Of a stretch of 64,000 nucleotides of DNA, positions 27,692-38,106 are shown piece by piece. Position numbers and translations under genes: made by a program. Source of the stretch: Gammaproteobacteria bacterium (GTDB lineage Bacteria > Pseudomonadota > Gammaproteobacteria > JBCCGL01); assembly GCA_965277715.1 (NCBI GenBank), contig OZ255836.1, forward strand, positions 1,664,001 to 1,728,000, in the 5' to 3' direction. The number at the start of each line of letters is the position of its first letter. Positions within the stretch are counted from its first letter, which is position 1. The notes beneath the pieces are model-generated. The model had not been told where the DNA came from and searched no databases. It was given only the letters and a program-made list of their open reading frames with translations.

Positions 27692-30142
27692 TCAACATTT
27701 GATACGGTGGTTCTTGGGGTCGTGCATCGGTGCAAGGCTGGCCATTGCCGAAAAACGTTCACAAGCCACTTCGATTTCATAGCGGCCAGAATGGATAAAA
27801 TCGGGTGTACAGATGCCTTCGCTATTGGTCACATAGGCCAGGCCCATCGCCGCACCGAGAAAGTGGCCGTAGTTACCGGAGGTCAAATACCCCACACACA
27901 CGCCATCACGCAGCACGGGCTCATTGTGTAGCAGCAATGGCTCCGGGTCTTCCAATTTAAACTGCACAAGCCTGCGGTCAACACCTGTTTCCCTTTGTTT
28001 TTCAATCACATCCCGGCCGATAAAGGGGATATCAGTATTCAGCTTGCAGGCAAATGCCAGGCCGGCGTGAATGGGGGTATCGCCATCGTTAATATCGTGG
28101 CCAAAGTGTCGATAGGCCTTCTCCAGCCTAAGTGAATCCATCGCATGCATACCTATCGGTTGCATACCAAACTCAACCCCAGCCTGCCAGACAATATCGA
28201 ACACATGCCGCGCCTGCTCAGCGGGAATAACCAACTCCCAGCCCAGCTCCCCCACATAGGTGATCCGGCAGGCAAGGACAACGGCACAACCAATTTCAAT
28301 TTCGCGGGCGGTGGCAAAGGGAAATCCCTGTAAAGACAGATCCGCCTGTGCCACTTTACTCAGCACACTGCGCGCATTAGGTCCCATCACACCGAGAATC
28401 GCATAGGCGCTGGTCACCTCCTTAACAAAACAGTGCGCCTGCTCGGGAATGTGTTTGCTCAGCCAATCGTACTCCCTGTTACTGGTGGCCGCCGAGGTGG
28501 TCACCCGGTAGCTGTTTTCCGCCAGGCGCGTCACCGTGAGGTCGGCCTCGATACCACCGCGTTCATTGAGCCATTGGGTGTAAACCATTTTTCCCGCGTC
28601 GACATCGACATTATTGGCACACACGTTCTGTAACACAGCGCAGGCATCGCGGCCATCGACATCGAATTTAGCGAACGATGACAATTCGATCAGTCCGACG
28701 TTATTACGCACGGCATTGTGTTCAGCCGCCGAATACTCAAACCAGTTTTGTCGCTTAAAGCTATAAACGTATTTCGGTTCCACGCCGTCCGGTGCGAACC
28801 AGTTGGGTCGCTCCCAACCCGCTACTTCACCAAAACAGGCATTCAACCCCTGCCATTTTTCGTACAGTGGCAAATGCCGCACATTGCGGCTGGTTTCATA
28901 CTGGCGGTAGGGGTAGTGGTGGGCGTACAGCAAACCGAGCGATTCTGATACGCGTTCGCGCAGATAGCAGTCAGTCCCCTGAAACGGGTAGTTTCGACGC
29001 AGGTCATTAACCCACATCTCGTGTGGTGGGTAGCCTTGCATAATCCACTGCGCCAGGGCTTTCATCACACCGCCCGACTGAATACCGATCGAGTTAAACC
29101 CGCAGGCGACAAAGAAATTTTTCAGGTTTGGCGCCTCTCCCATATGAAACTGATCATCGTGGGTGAAACTTTCCGGGCCATTAAAGAAACTGCGGATACC
29201 ACTCTCACCGATTATCGGCACACGGTGCATGGCACCTTCGAGCACAGGCATTAGATGATCCCAATCCTCGGGCAGGGTCTCAAAACTGTGGTCATCGGCA
29301 ATACCGCTCATTCCCCAGGGTTTTGCATGGGGCTCAAATGCGCCAATCAACAACGAACCGGCATCCTCACGATAATAGGCGCTGGCGCCCTGTTCACGCA
29401 ATGTGGGTAGGGTTGTGGGTAGATCATCCATTTTTTCAGTGTGCACATAGAAGTGTTCGCACGCGTGTAAAGGAATATTCACCCCTGCCATACGGCCAAT
29501 TTCACGCCCCCACATGCCACCACAGTTGACGACAAAATCAGCCTGAATACTGCCCTGGTCAGTCTCGACTCCGGTTACCTTGCCATTTGCCTGGTGAATG
29601 GCAGTGACTTTGATCCCTTCAAAAATCTGCGCGCCGAGATTGCGGGCGCCACGCGCCAGTGCATTGGTGACATCCACTGGGCTGGCCTGGCCTTCAGTCG
29701 GTGTATAAAAGCCACCATAGAGATCGTCGCTGTTAATATAGGGCCATAGATCTTTTATTTCCTGTGGGGTGACCAAATGGATATCCAGGCCCCAGGCTTT
29801 ACCCGTGGAAACGGTGCGCTTTATTTCCTCAAACTTTTCCGCATCGGCGGCCACGCCAATACCACCATTTTGCCGATACCCGGTATCCTGCCCAGTCTCT
29901 TCACGCAACAGGGTTTTGTATAGTTCAGTGGTGTACAGCGCCAGCTGGGTCATCTCATAAGTGGTGCGAATTTGCCCTATCAGGCCCGCCGCATGCCAAG
30001 TGGTACCACAGGTGAGTTGCTTGCGCTCCAGCAAAACCACATCGGTTGCGCCCGCTTTGGCCAAATGGTAAGCGAGGCTGGTGCCGATAACGCCCCCGCC
30101 AATAATAACAATGTGCGCCTTTTGCGGGATTGAGTTTGCCAT
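27692..30142 (-). CDS. GcvT-domain FAD-dependent oxidoreductase (sarcosine/dimethylglycine dehydrogenase family)
   Basis: IGGGVIG, GTTWHAAG, NGPESFT, GWERPNWF, YVGELGWEL, SLRLEK. Confidence 0.92.
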   Translation of the reverse strand: MANSIPQKAHIVIIGGGVIGTSLAYHLAKAGATDVVLLERKQLTCGTTWHAAGLIGQIRTTYEMTQLALYTTELYKTLLREETGQDTGYRQNGGIGVAADAEKFEEIKRTVSTGKAWGLDIHLVTPQEIKDLWPYINSDDLYGGFYTPTEGQASPVDVTNALARGARNLGAQIFEGIKVTAIHQANGKVTGVETDQGSIQADFVVNCGGMWGREIGRMAGVNIPLHACEHFYVHTEKMDDLPTTLPTLREQGASAYYREDAGSLLIGAFEPHAKPWGMSGIADDHSFETLPEDWDHLMPVLEGAMHRVPIIGESGIRSFFNGPESFTHDDQFHMGEAPNLKNFFVACGFNSIGIQSGGVMKALAQWIMQGYPPHEMWVNDLRRNYPFQGTDCYLRERVSESLGLLYAHHYPYRQYETSRNVRHLPLYEKWQGLNACFGEVAGWERPNWFAPDGVEPKYVYSFKRQNWFEYSAAEHNAVRNNVGLIELSSFAKFDVDGRDACAVLQNVCANNVDVDAGKMVYTQWLNERGGIEADLTVTRLAENSYRVTTSAATSNREYDWLSKHIPEQAHCFVKEVTSAYAILGVMGPNARSVLSKVAQADLSLQGFPFATAREIEIGCAVVLACRITYVGELGWELVIPAEQARHVFDIVWQAGVEFGMQPIGMHAMDSLRLEKAYRHFGHDINDGDTPIHAGLAFACKLNTDIPFIGRDVIEKQRETGVDRRLVQFKLEDPEPLLLHNEPVLRDGVCVGYLTSGNYGHFLGAAMGLAYVTNSEGICTPDFIHSGRYEIEVACERFSAMASLAPMHDPKNHRIKC

Positions 30143-30202
30143 TGGAGTACCTCTTAATTGTTTGCCGGATTGTGTACTGATTGATTAGAGGCGGAATAGT
30201 AA

Positions 30203-30230
30203 AGGGTAAAGGGTGAGGGGTGAAGGGTGA
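30203..30230 (+). repeat. Four 7-bp G-rich tandem repeats
   Basis: AGGGTAA AGGGTGA GGGGTGA AGGGTGA in a divergent intergenic region. Confidence 0.7.
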
Positions 30231-30274
30231 AAGTGGCTATATGGTCGGCTAAATTCAGGTTAGCATAGTGGCTA

Positions 30275-31093
30275 ATGCCTACATTAGAACAAGCTACCCG
30301 CCCCTCACTGTGTGTCACTGTTGCTGCGGCAACATATCGACAAACAGCCGCCGCACAACACCTTGCCACCTGTTTACAACTTGACCTGGTTGCGCAGGGT
30401 GAAGCGCCGCCCGGTTATCTACTGTTACTGTGCGAAGCGCGGCTGGCATTACACAGCACGCTATCCCCCCCGCTCCACGGCCCGGTGTTTGTCGATTTTG
30501 TAACAGGAAAATCGGCACACAGGCGCGCATTTGGTGGTGGCCGGGGGCAACACATGGCCAGGGCGGTGGGCATCAAACCGGGTTACAACCCCACGATAAT
30601 CGACGCAACGGCAGGGCTGGGGCGTGATGCGTTTGTGTTAGCGACACTGGGTTGTAAAGTCATAATGATCGAACAATCCCCTGTAGTCGCCCGCTTGCTC
30701 GAAGATGGCCTGTCGCGTGCACACACTACAGAGGAGACACACGCTATTGCATTACGTATGCAATTAAATTGTGGTAATGCCCTTGAGGTTATTCCGGTAC
30801 TGGTAGACAGATCGACACGGACAGATAGGCCAAAACCCGATGTAATCTACCTCGACCCGATGTACCCACCCCGTGATAAATCCGCTGCGGTTAAAAAGGA
30901 GATGCAGATGTTGCAGATGTTGGCTGAAAAAAACACCGATAACGCTGAACTACTGGCTTGCGCACTGCAACACGCGGGCAAGCGCGTTGTGGTCAAACGC
31001 CCGCGTACCGCCGCCGCTCTTGCGGGCAAAACACCACACGCCTGTATTAAAAACACTAATACCCGTTATGATATTTATATCCCAATGGGGTAG
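30275..31093 (+). CDS. rsmJ: 16S rRNA m2G1516 methyltransferase
   Basis: DATAGLGRDAFVLA, YLDPMYP, RVVVKRP. Confidence 0.93.
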   Translation: MPTLEQATRPSLCVTVAAATYRQTAAAQHLATCLQLDLVAQGEAPPGYLLLLCEARLALHSTLSPPLHGPVFVDFVTGKSAHRRAFGGGRGQHMARAVGIKPGYNPTIIDATAGLGRDAFVLATLGCKVIMIEQSPVVARLLEDGLSRAHTTEETHAIALRMQLNCGNALEVIPVLVDRSTRTDRPKPDVIYLDPMYPPRDKSAAVKKEMQMLQMLAEKNTDNAELLACALQHAGKRVVVKRPRTAAALAGKTPHACIKNTNTRYDIYIPMG

Positions 31094-31124
31094 TACGCTG
31101 GAGTAGCGCACTGGGGGCTAAAAA

Positions 31125-31607
31125 TTAATCGCGGAAATTTTGGTATTGTAACGGCTGACCCATATCCTCTGCCTTTAAACGGGCCATCACTTGCTGGAGG
31201 TCATCGCGTTTTTTACCGGTCACCCGCACCTGTTGATCCTGAATCGCCGCCTGTACCTTGAGTTTACTGTCTTTAATCAGGCGGATAATTTTTCTGGCGA
31301 TGTCCTTGTCGATGCCCTCACACACAGTCATTAACTGACGGGCACGCTGGCCAACCTCTTCAATCCTGCCCTCGTCCAGGCACGCCACATCGATACCGCG
31401 CTTGCTCATTTTTTGATACAGAATGGGCTGCATCTGCTCCACCTGAAACGTACTTTGCGCGTGCAGCGTTAACAACTGACCGGCAACCTCAACCCTGGAG
31501 TCACTGCCTTTAAAATCATAGCGGGTAGCAATCTCCCGGTTGGCCTGATCGACGGCATTGCGCAGCTCGTGGCTATCAACTTCAGAAACGATATCAAAGG
31601 ATGGCAT
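31125..31607 (-). CDS. yajQ: YajQ family nucleotide-binding protein
   Basis: MPSFDIVSE...RVTGKKRDDLQ...NFRD. Confidence 0.96.
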   Translation of the reverse strand: MPSFDIVSEVDSHELRNAVDQANREIATRYDFKGSDSRVEVAGQLLTLHAQSTFQVEQMQPILYQKMSKRGIDVACLDEGRIEEVGQRARQLMTVCEGIDKDIARKIIRLIKDSKLKVQAAIQDQQVRVTGKKRDDLQQVMARLKAEDMGQPLQYQNFRD

Positions 31608-32015
31608 AGAATATATCCTGGAGCGATAAAACCCATTCAGAAGGTGTTGGAAAACTACTGTGTATAAGTGACAAGCGTGAATCTTTACGCTGCCAGTGTT
31701 TCTATCATATCGCCATTTGCGCTGCGACAGTGTAACGCCCTGTTCCAATACCGCTTTTTTCGGTCATCGCGGATCTCCATTGGCAAAACGCACCGCCAGT
31801 ATAGAGGATCACCGATGGTATTAATAGAAACGCTATTTTAAGGGCGTCTATTGTTTCCATTTTTCCTGTCAGATAAATTCTAGCTCTATCACTGGCATAA
31901 AATTATCCTGTAAATAGATCGGTCGTTTATAATCCCTACACGGCATTTCCCCATACCTGCCGGACGAAAAAATGGTTCCCAAGAATGGCAATGTTGTAGT
32001 GTTAACAGGCTCCCC

Positions 32016-32663
32016 ATGACACCAGAAATTGATTTACGCGATACGCGCCGCGACTACCAAAGTACAGGTATTCGCCGCGCCGATATGCACAGCGACCCCG
32101 TACAACAGTTCGCCACCTGGTTACAGGATGCCGTCGATGCCAACGCTATCGACGCCACATCAATGACCCTGGCCACCGCCAGTAAAGCGGCGATTCCCAG
32201 CGCCCGCATTGTATTACTCAAACACTTCGATAGACACGGTTTCTGCTGGTACACTGATTCGCGCAGCCAAAAAGGCCAACAACTGGCCGAGAACCCCAAC
32301 GCAGCGCTGGTGTTTCACTGGCGCGACCTCAACCGGCAAGTGCGCATTGTTGGCACAGTGGAAAAACTCGGCACAGAAGATGCTGACAATTATTATTACA
32401 GCCGCCCCCAAGGCAGCCGTTTTAGCGCAGCAGCATCACATCAGACATCGACAATCGACAACCGCGAGCAGCTCGAACAATGCGTCGAATCACTGCACAC
32501 GCAATACCCCGATGGTGACGTACCGAGACCTGGTGCCTGGATTGGGTACCGGCTGATACCGGATGAATTTGAGTTTTGGCAGGGTAAATCCAACCGCCTG
32601 CACGACCGGATTATTTACCAACCCACTAAACAGGGGTGGATGTTATTGCGACGCTCGCCTTAA
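32016..32663 (+). CDS. pdxH: Pyridoxamine 5'-phosphate oxidase
   Basis: ARIVLLK, RQVRI, EFWQG..RLHDR. Confidence 0.96.
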   Translation: MTPEIDLRDTRRDYQSTGIRRADMHSDPVQQFATWLQDAVDANAIDATSMTLATASKAAIPSARIVLLKHFDRHGFCWYTDSRSQKGQQLAENPNAALVFHWRDLNRQVRIVGTVEKLGTEDADNYYYSRPQGSRFSAAASHQTSTIDNREQLEQCVESLHTQYPDGDVPRPGAWIGYRLIPDEFEFWQGKSNRLHDRIIYQPTKQGWMLLRRSP

Positions 32664-32677
32664 AGGGTAACTGTAGA

Positions 32678-32872
32678 ATGAAAAACACCCCCGACTACTA
32701 CCTGGACTTAATCGACCAGATTGAAAGCATCCGTGGCCGTAACAACAAAAACTGGATGGATTTACTGCGCCTGGCATTCCGCCACGCCCCCCAGGAAGCC
32801 GCGCAAATCGTCAGCGAAATCTACCGCTACGACCAGGACATCTCCGAATTGACAAAAAAACTAACCCAGTGA
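32678..32872 (+). CDS. Small helical hypothetical protein (64 aa)
   Basis: IDQIESIRGRNNKNWMDLLRLAF; strong coding-like codon bias; fills the gap between pdxH and pseI. Confidence 0.7.
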   Translation: MKNTPDYYLDLIDQIESIRGRNNKNWMDLLRLAFRHAPQEAAQIVSEIYRYDQDISELTKKLTQ

Positions 32873-32884
32873 AAAATTCACCCT

Positions 32885-33943
32885 TCACCAAACCACATGC
32901 TGCATCTGCAAAGCCGTGCCACGCAGCAGATCCTGCGTACAACACTTACCCATCAACTGTGCATAATATTTAGGCGGCAAACCACCTGCCGGGCGTATGC
33001 TACGAACGTGCCGCCTATCAAAGCACTCTCCCTTGCGGATATCTTCAACCACGTAAAGTGACCGACGAAACCGTGCACCAGCCGCTTCACCCCGGTTATC
33101 GATGCACCCGTTGCCCAACGCAGACCACGACTGGCGCAGCTGCTCGCAGTAAACCGCCAGCTCTGCCGGTTCGATTGAAAAATCACTGTCCAGCCCGGGT
33201 GATGCACGATCCAGCGTCACATGTTTTTCCACCATACAGGCACCCAGCGCGACAGCGGCAATCGCAACCGTATTGCCCAACGTGTGATCTGACAACCCCG
33301 AACAAACTGCATAGCGGGCAGCATAAGCGGGGATAGCGCGTAAATTAGCCTGTGCCACTGGCGCGGGATAACAGCTCGTGCACTGCAACAATACAATATC
33401 CTTACAACCCTGTAAGCGCGCCGCGTGCAGTGCATCGACAATTTCTGTGTGACCGGCAACCCCTGTCGACATGATGATCGGCTTGCCGGTTTTTGCCACA
33501 TAGCTAATCAGGGGAATATCCGTCATCTCAAACGATGCAATTTTATAGGCTGGCGCACCGAGGCTCTCCAACAAATCGACAGCCTGTTCGTCGAAAGGCG
33601 AGCTAAACAACGTCAGGCCGATAGCACGTGCATGGTCAAATAACGCTTTATGCCACGCATAGGGCGTGCTGCCATGTTGGTAAAGTTGGTACAGCGTGTT
33701 GCCCGCCCATAGGCCATCATCAATCTTAAACGCCTGATCATCACTCTCAATAGTCATGCTATCGGCGGTGTAGGTTTGCAGCTTCATCGCATCTGCGCCA
33801 GCCTTTTTGACCGCATCGAGGGTGTCCAGTGCCCGCTGTAAACTGCCGTTGTGGTTTGCCGAAAGCTCAGCGACCACATACGGCGGACAATGGGTGCCAA
33901 TGACCCTGCCATCGATGGCCAGGGTATGGCTCAGGCGGCGCAT
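32885..33943 (-). CDS. pseI: Pseudaminic acid synthase
   Basis: AELSANHNG, KLQTYT, KIASFE, GLSDHT, C-terminal SAF domain. Confidence 0.9.
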   Translation of the reverse strand: MRRLSHTLAIDGRVIGTHCPPYVVAELSANHNGSLQRALDTLDAVKKAGADAMKLQTYTADSMTIESDDQAFKIDDGLWAGNTLYQLYQHGSTPYAWHKALFDHARAIGLTLFSSPFDEQAVDLLESLGAPAYKIASFEMTDIPLISYVAKTGKPIIMSTGVAGHTEIVDALHAARLQGCKDIVLLQCTSCYPAPVAQANLRAIPAYAARYAVCSGLSDHTLGNTVAIAAVALGACMVEKHVTLDRASPGLDSDFSIEPAELAVYCEQLRQSWSALGNGCIDNRGEAAGARFRRSLYVVEDIRKGECFDRRHVRSIRPAGGLPPKYYAQLMGKCCTQDLLRGTALQMQHVVW

Positions 33944-34659
33944 GCCGTTCGCTTAATGTTATCGTTTTGCAGGCTGCGATACATATTCTCTGCACACTGC
34001 CAGTCTTCCGGGGTATCAATATCATGCACCCGGTGACGGGGGAGTATCACCGGTATACTGTGCGCTGAAAATATCTCCACTCGGTGTAAAAATGCCGTGT
34101 ATTTACCAAAATAAAACTGGCCGGCATCGTGATAAGTGGCTGGTAAATCCTGCGTGCGTGTGTACCGGTGTTGTGGCCATAAACACGCGATCTGATTGTG
34201 CGCATCAATGCGCAATGCACGCTGTACAGGTGATGCGTAAGAGGTGATTGAAAAGGCAAAATCTTTATCGCTGGCAGTTAGCTGATGATACGCTGTAATT
34301 AAATCACCCGCCTGTAAGAAAGGCGCCGTTGCGTAAATACAGCAAACATAAGTCATCGATTGTTTCTGACGCTTAAAATAATCAATGGCATCGTTAATCA
34401 CATCCACCGTACCACAATGATCATCGGCGAGATGTGCTGCACGTATAAACGGGGTTTGCGCGCCATATTGTCTGGCAATACAGGCAATCTCCGCATCGTC
34501 GGTCGAGACGATAACACGGTCAAATAAACCACAAGCCAGAGCTGTTTCAATTGAATAGGCAATGATGGGTTTACCGGCAAACGGCTTTATGTTTTTTCCG
34601 GGAATGCGTTTGCTGCCACCGCGTGCCGGTATAACGGCTATACATTGTCTGTTGTGCAT
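33931..34659 (-). CDS. pseF: Pseudaminic acid cytidylyltransferase
   Basis: IPARGGSKRIPGKN, CCIYATAPF, HDAGQFY, DIDTPEDW. Confidence 0.9.
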   Translation of the reverse strand: MHNRQCIAVIPARGGSKRIPGKNIKPFAGKPIIAYSIETALACGLFDRVIVSTDDAEIACIARQYGAQTPFIRAAHLADDHCGTVDVINDAIDYFKRQKQSMTYVCCIYATAPFLQAGDLITAYHQLTASDKDFAFSITSYASPVQRALRIDAHNQIACLWPQHRYTRTQDLPATYHDAGQFYFGKYTAFLHRVEIFSAHSIPVILPRHRVHDIDTPEDWQCAENMYRSLQNDNIKRTACAA

Positions 34660-34670
34660 ACCGGCAGACT

Positions 34671-35840
34671 CTAGGCGACCGCTAACGCCGGTTTTTCATA
34701 CACGACATTCTCTCTCAGGGCAGTGACAACATAAGCCACCTGCTCGGGTGTCATCGCCGGGTACAGTGGTAGTGTAATCGCCGTATCAAAATGCCGTTCG
34801 GCACAGGGAAAATCACCTTGTGAAAAACCGCGCTGCCGATACCAGCTATGCCGGTGAATAGGCACATAATGCACATTCACTGCAACCCCTGCCCGCCCCA
34901 ACGCCTGACATAAAGCGTCACGCCCCACAGCGTCCACAACACGCACAACAAATAAATGCCAGGCACTTTCCACACCATCGATAAGTGGCGGCAAGTGTAA
35001 GGGTAAGTGTGATAATTCACGTAAATAACGCGTGGCAATAGTGCGCCGCTGCGCAATAAAATAATCGAGCTTTTTAATTTGGCTAATACCCAGCGCAGCG
35101 TGTAACTCACTCATACGCGCATTAATACCCGGTAACGGCATATCACAATACCAGGGCATATCGTGTGCATTTTTACTCACGCCGCCGTTAGCCAGCAGGC
35201 GAACCCTCTCAATCAATGCCTCATCATTGCTCAGCACCATGCCACCTTCACCCGTAGTAATCGATTTTACCGGGTGAAAACTAAACACCACCGCATCAGA
35301 CCAACGGCAACTCCCTACTTTCTCCCCCTGATAAGTGCCACCCAGCGCATGGCAGGCATCTTCAATCACACGAAAACCAAAGCGCTGTGCCAATTGGCCA
35401 AGCACCTGCATATCACAACTCTGACCGGCAAAATGTACCGGCACAACAATATCCGGCAAACGCCCCTGACATTCGGCCTGCAATAGCTTCTCGTGCAAAC
35501 GCACGACATCCATATTGCCCGTGGCACAATCAATATCGACAAAATCCACATCGGCACCGCAATAATGCGCACAGTTTGCCGATGCAACATAACTGTTCGG
35601 TGAAGTCCAGAGTAAGCCACCGGCACGCAGACCCATCGCCCGTGCACACAAATACAACGCCATTGTGCCGTTGCACAACGCAACTGCGGCGCGGGCACGA
35701 CAGTATTCACTCAGCTGGTGTTCAAACACTGTTGCCAAACTACCCTGGGTAATGCGCTCGGCACGCAACGCCGTCACGACTGCATCAATATCGTCTTCGT
35801 CGAGGGTTTGTCGGCCATAGGAAATCACCCTACAAACCAT
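34671..35840 (-). CDS. pseC: UDP-4-amino-4,6-dideoxy-N-acetyl-beta-L-altrosamine transaminase
   Basis: YGRQ, EDACHALG, SFHPVKSITTGEGG. Confidence 0.9.
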   Translation of the reverse strand: MVCRVISYGRQTLDEDDIDAVVTALRAERITQGSLATVFEHQLSEYCRARAAVALCNGTMALYLCARAMGLRAGGLLWTSPNSYVASANCAHYCGADVDFVDIDCATGNMDVVRLHEKLLQAECQGRLPDIVVPVHFAGQSCDMQVLGQLAQRFGFRVIEDACHALGGTYQGEKVGSCRWSDAVVFSFHPVKSITTGEGGMVLSNDEALIERVRLLANGGVSKNAHDMPWYCDMPLPGINARMSELHAALGISQIKKLDYFIAQRRTIATRYLRELSHLPLHLPPLIDGVESAWHLFVVRVVDAVGRDALCQALGRAGVAVNVHYVPIHRHSWYRQRGFSQGDFPCAERHFDTAITLPLYPAMTPEQVAYVVTALRENVVYEKPALAVA

Positions 35841-35919
35841 CGTTTAGTGCTGAAAGAACGACCACCCATTGGTACAAACGTCATTAATGCCGACACGCTA
35901 TCAACCACGATTTTCAGGA

Positions 35920-36216
35920 TCACGCGCAAGCGCCAATAGGCTCAATCGCCTGGCGGTTCATGCGCCGTAGATCGGTCACGTTGAGGAAGTGCTGATTACT
36001 ACCCGATTGATACTCAAAATCGGCATCGCGCACATCACCAATAAAATAGCGCATTTGCGGTTGACCGAAACGCTGCTGCATTTCGTATTGCTTCAACTCA
36101 TCGCATGAGAAAATCACCAGGCGCCTGGGTTGATAACGGCTTAATATCCACTGCACACAAACATTACCGAAAGAGCCCGTACTAGCGGTAATCAAAATGG
36201 ATTTATTGTCGAACAT
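35920..36216 (-). pseudogene. pseB: UDP-GlcNAc 4,6-dehydratase PseB, internally deleted
   Basis: N-terminus (SILITASTGSFG...DELKQYEM...FIGDVRDA) joined directly to the C-terminal DFEYQSGSNQHFL; 98 aa versus roughly 330 aa for intact PseB. Confidence 0.85.
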
Positions 36217-36591
36217 ACCCACCCAAATGTGACAAGCCAAAAAAATGGCTCTGTGGGTTGCTATACAAATTTAGCGCCAAGATGTGGTAGGGGGTTGGGC
36301 GGTTAAGAGGTACTTGTAATTATACTGGCGCTTATCCTTCCAGATTCACTGCATCAAGCGCTCTATAATCACTGGGTTCAACCTAAATTCCTCAGAAGAC
36401 TCTAATGGAGAAGGGTTTTGTGACTAATACCGAAATATACAATACGGAATGAAAACCTTAGCAAATAATAGCAATTGCACTACAAAAGAAAAAAGGGACG
36501 ATCAAATCTGATACTCTTCCACACCTTCACCTGCCAGAAAAGCACTGGAATTGTACAATATCAACCATTTTTTAACAGCGAGTCAGTTCAA

Positions 36592-36690
36592 GTGCGTGAA
36601 CTGACAACCGATGACTTCAAACATTTCAGGCCCGCATCAGAGGTAGCGCCCGGTGTTGTAGCGCACTACCAGCGCTCGCTTGACCCCGCC
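36592..36690 (+). pseudogene. Possible BrnA-type antitoxin N-terminal remnant
   Basis: VRELTTDDFKHFRPASEVAPGVVAHYQR resembles BrnA/DUF4415 N-termini; no C-terminal RHH domain and no toxin seen. Confidence 0.4.
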
Positions 36691-36691
36691 T

Positions 36692-37987
36692 CTAAACCAA
36701 GCCCTCAAACAACTGCACCTCAACAACATCCCCAGGTTCCACCCGCGCCAGTGTCGGCGGCAACACAATCATGCAATTGGCGGCGCACATCGAACTCAGC
36801 CGCCCTGCCCCTTGTTTGCCTGTCGTTCGCACAGTCGGCACACCGTCGATGGTTTCCAAAATACCCCGCTGATACTCAACCCGGCCAGGAGATTTCCGCA
36901 GTGTCGAAGTACAAGGGACACACAGCCTGGGTGTGAATACTTCGGTGCAGCCCATTAACTGTCGAATAGCGGGCTGCACAAACTCATAAAATGCCACCAT
37001 CACCGCTACCGGATTGCCCGGCAGGCCAAAAAACAACGCATTACCCACTCGCCCACAGGCCAACGGCCGCCCCGGTCGCATCGCCAGTTTCCAAAATGAC
37101 ACATCACCCAACGCATTCAGGGTTTCGGTAACAAAGTCTTTGGCACCCGCCGAAACACCACCGGAAGTGAGTACCAAATCCGCCTGCGCAGAGGCATCGA
37201 GAAACGCCTGGCGCGTCGATGCACGATCATCGCGCACGACACCTAAGTCGATAATATCCACGCCCAGGCGTGACAACATACCGAACAGGGTATAGCGGTT
37301 GCTATCAAATAACTCGCCAGGGTTGAGCCTGGCACCCGCGTGTTCATCGAGTGAGCGCAGTTCATCGCCCGTTGTGAAATAAGCGACGGTAGGTTTGCGA
37401 AAAACCGGTATCTGGTCGATACCCAGCGATGCCAACAGACCGAGCTGTGCCGGTCGCACCAATGTACCTTTTGGCAACACCATTTCCCCACTAGCCACAT
37501 CTTCACCCGCTTGCCGTACGTTGCGCCCAGGCTGCACGTGCGCATCAATCATAATATGTTCACCGTGCACTTCAACATGCTCCTGAATGACCACAGTGTC
37601 TGTCCCTTCAGGCATCATGGCACCCGTCATAATACGCACACACTGCCCGCGCTCAAGCGGTGCATTCCCGGATTGTCCGACCTGAGACTCCCCGCTCCAG
37701 GGTTGTCCGGCCCAGGCCGTACCTACTACCTGCAAGGCCCTTTCCCCCTGAGCGGGTATGTCATCACGGTTAATGGCGTAGCCATCCATCGCGGAATTGA
37801 TATAAGCAGGCACATCGATTGGCGAAACAATCGCCTCACCCAGCACACGATCCAACGCCTGGCGAATAGCCACATATTGCACCGCCTCAACCGGCTTAAC
37901 CAGGTTGCGCAACCGCTGCAAGGCCGTCTCTACCGGCAATAAGCCCGTTTCATTTTCATCATCACAGGAAGCTTGTTTGTTGATCAT
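36692..37987 (-). CDS. moeA: Molybdopterin molybdenum/tungsten transferase MoeA
   Basis: SAMDGYA, IMTGA, TTGDEL, TSGGVS, RPGRP, GLPGNPV. Confidence 0.96.
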   Translation of the reverse strand: MINKQASCDDENETGLLPVETALQRLRNLVKPVEAVQYVAIRQALDRVLGEAIVSPIDVPAYINSAMDGYAINRDDIPAQGERALQVVGTAWAGQPWSGESQVGQSGNAPLERGQCVRIMTGAMMPEGTDTVVIQEHVEVHGEHIMIDAHVQPGRNVRQAGEDVASGEMVLPKGTLVRPAQLGLLASLGIDQIPVFRKPTVAYFTTGDELRSLDEHAGARLNPGELFDSNRYTLFGMLSRLGVDIIDLGVVRDDRASTRQAFLDASAQADLVLTSGGVSAGAKDFVTETLNALGDVSFWKLAMRPGRPLACGRVGNALFFGLPGNPVAVMVAFYEFVQPAIRQLMGCTEVFTPRLCVPCTSTLRKSPGRVEYQRGILETIDGVPTVRTTGKQGAGRLSSMCAANCMIVLPPTLARVEPGDVVEVQLFEGLV

Positions 37988-38024
37988 TATGTTGTTCTGT
38001 CAATTGCTGTGTGGCCGAACGCTC

Positions 38025-38085
38025 CTAGGAGTCTGCCGGATTTAGGCGCTCGTAGCGAGGGAAAGACCAATGTGAGTCATTTTTG
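38025..38085 (+). repeat. Possible truncated MITE end
   Basis: CTAGGAGTCTGCCGGATTTAG resembles, from recall, ends of small proteobacterial palindromic repeats; no partner end seen. Confidence 0.3.
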
Positions 38086-38106
38086 TGCACTGTTACCGAC
38101 ATCGCG

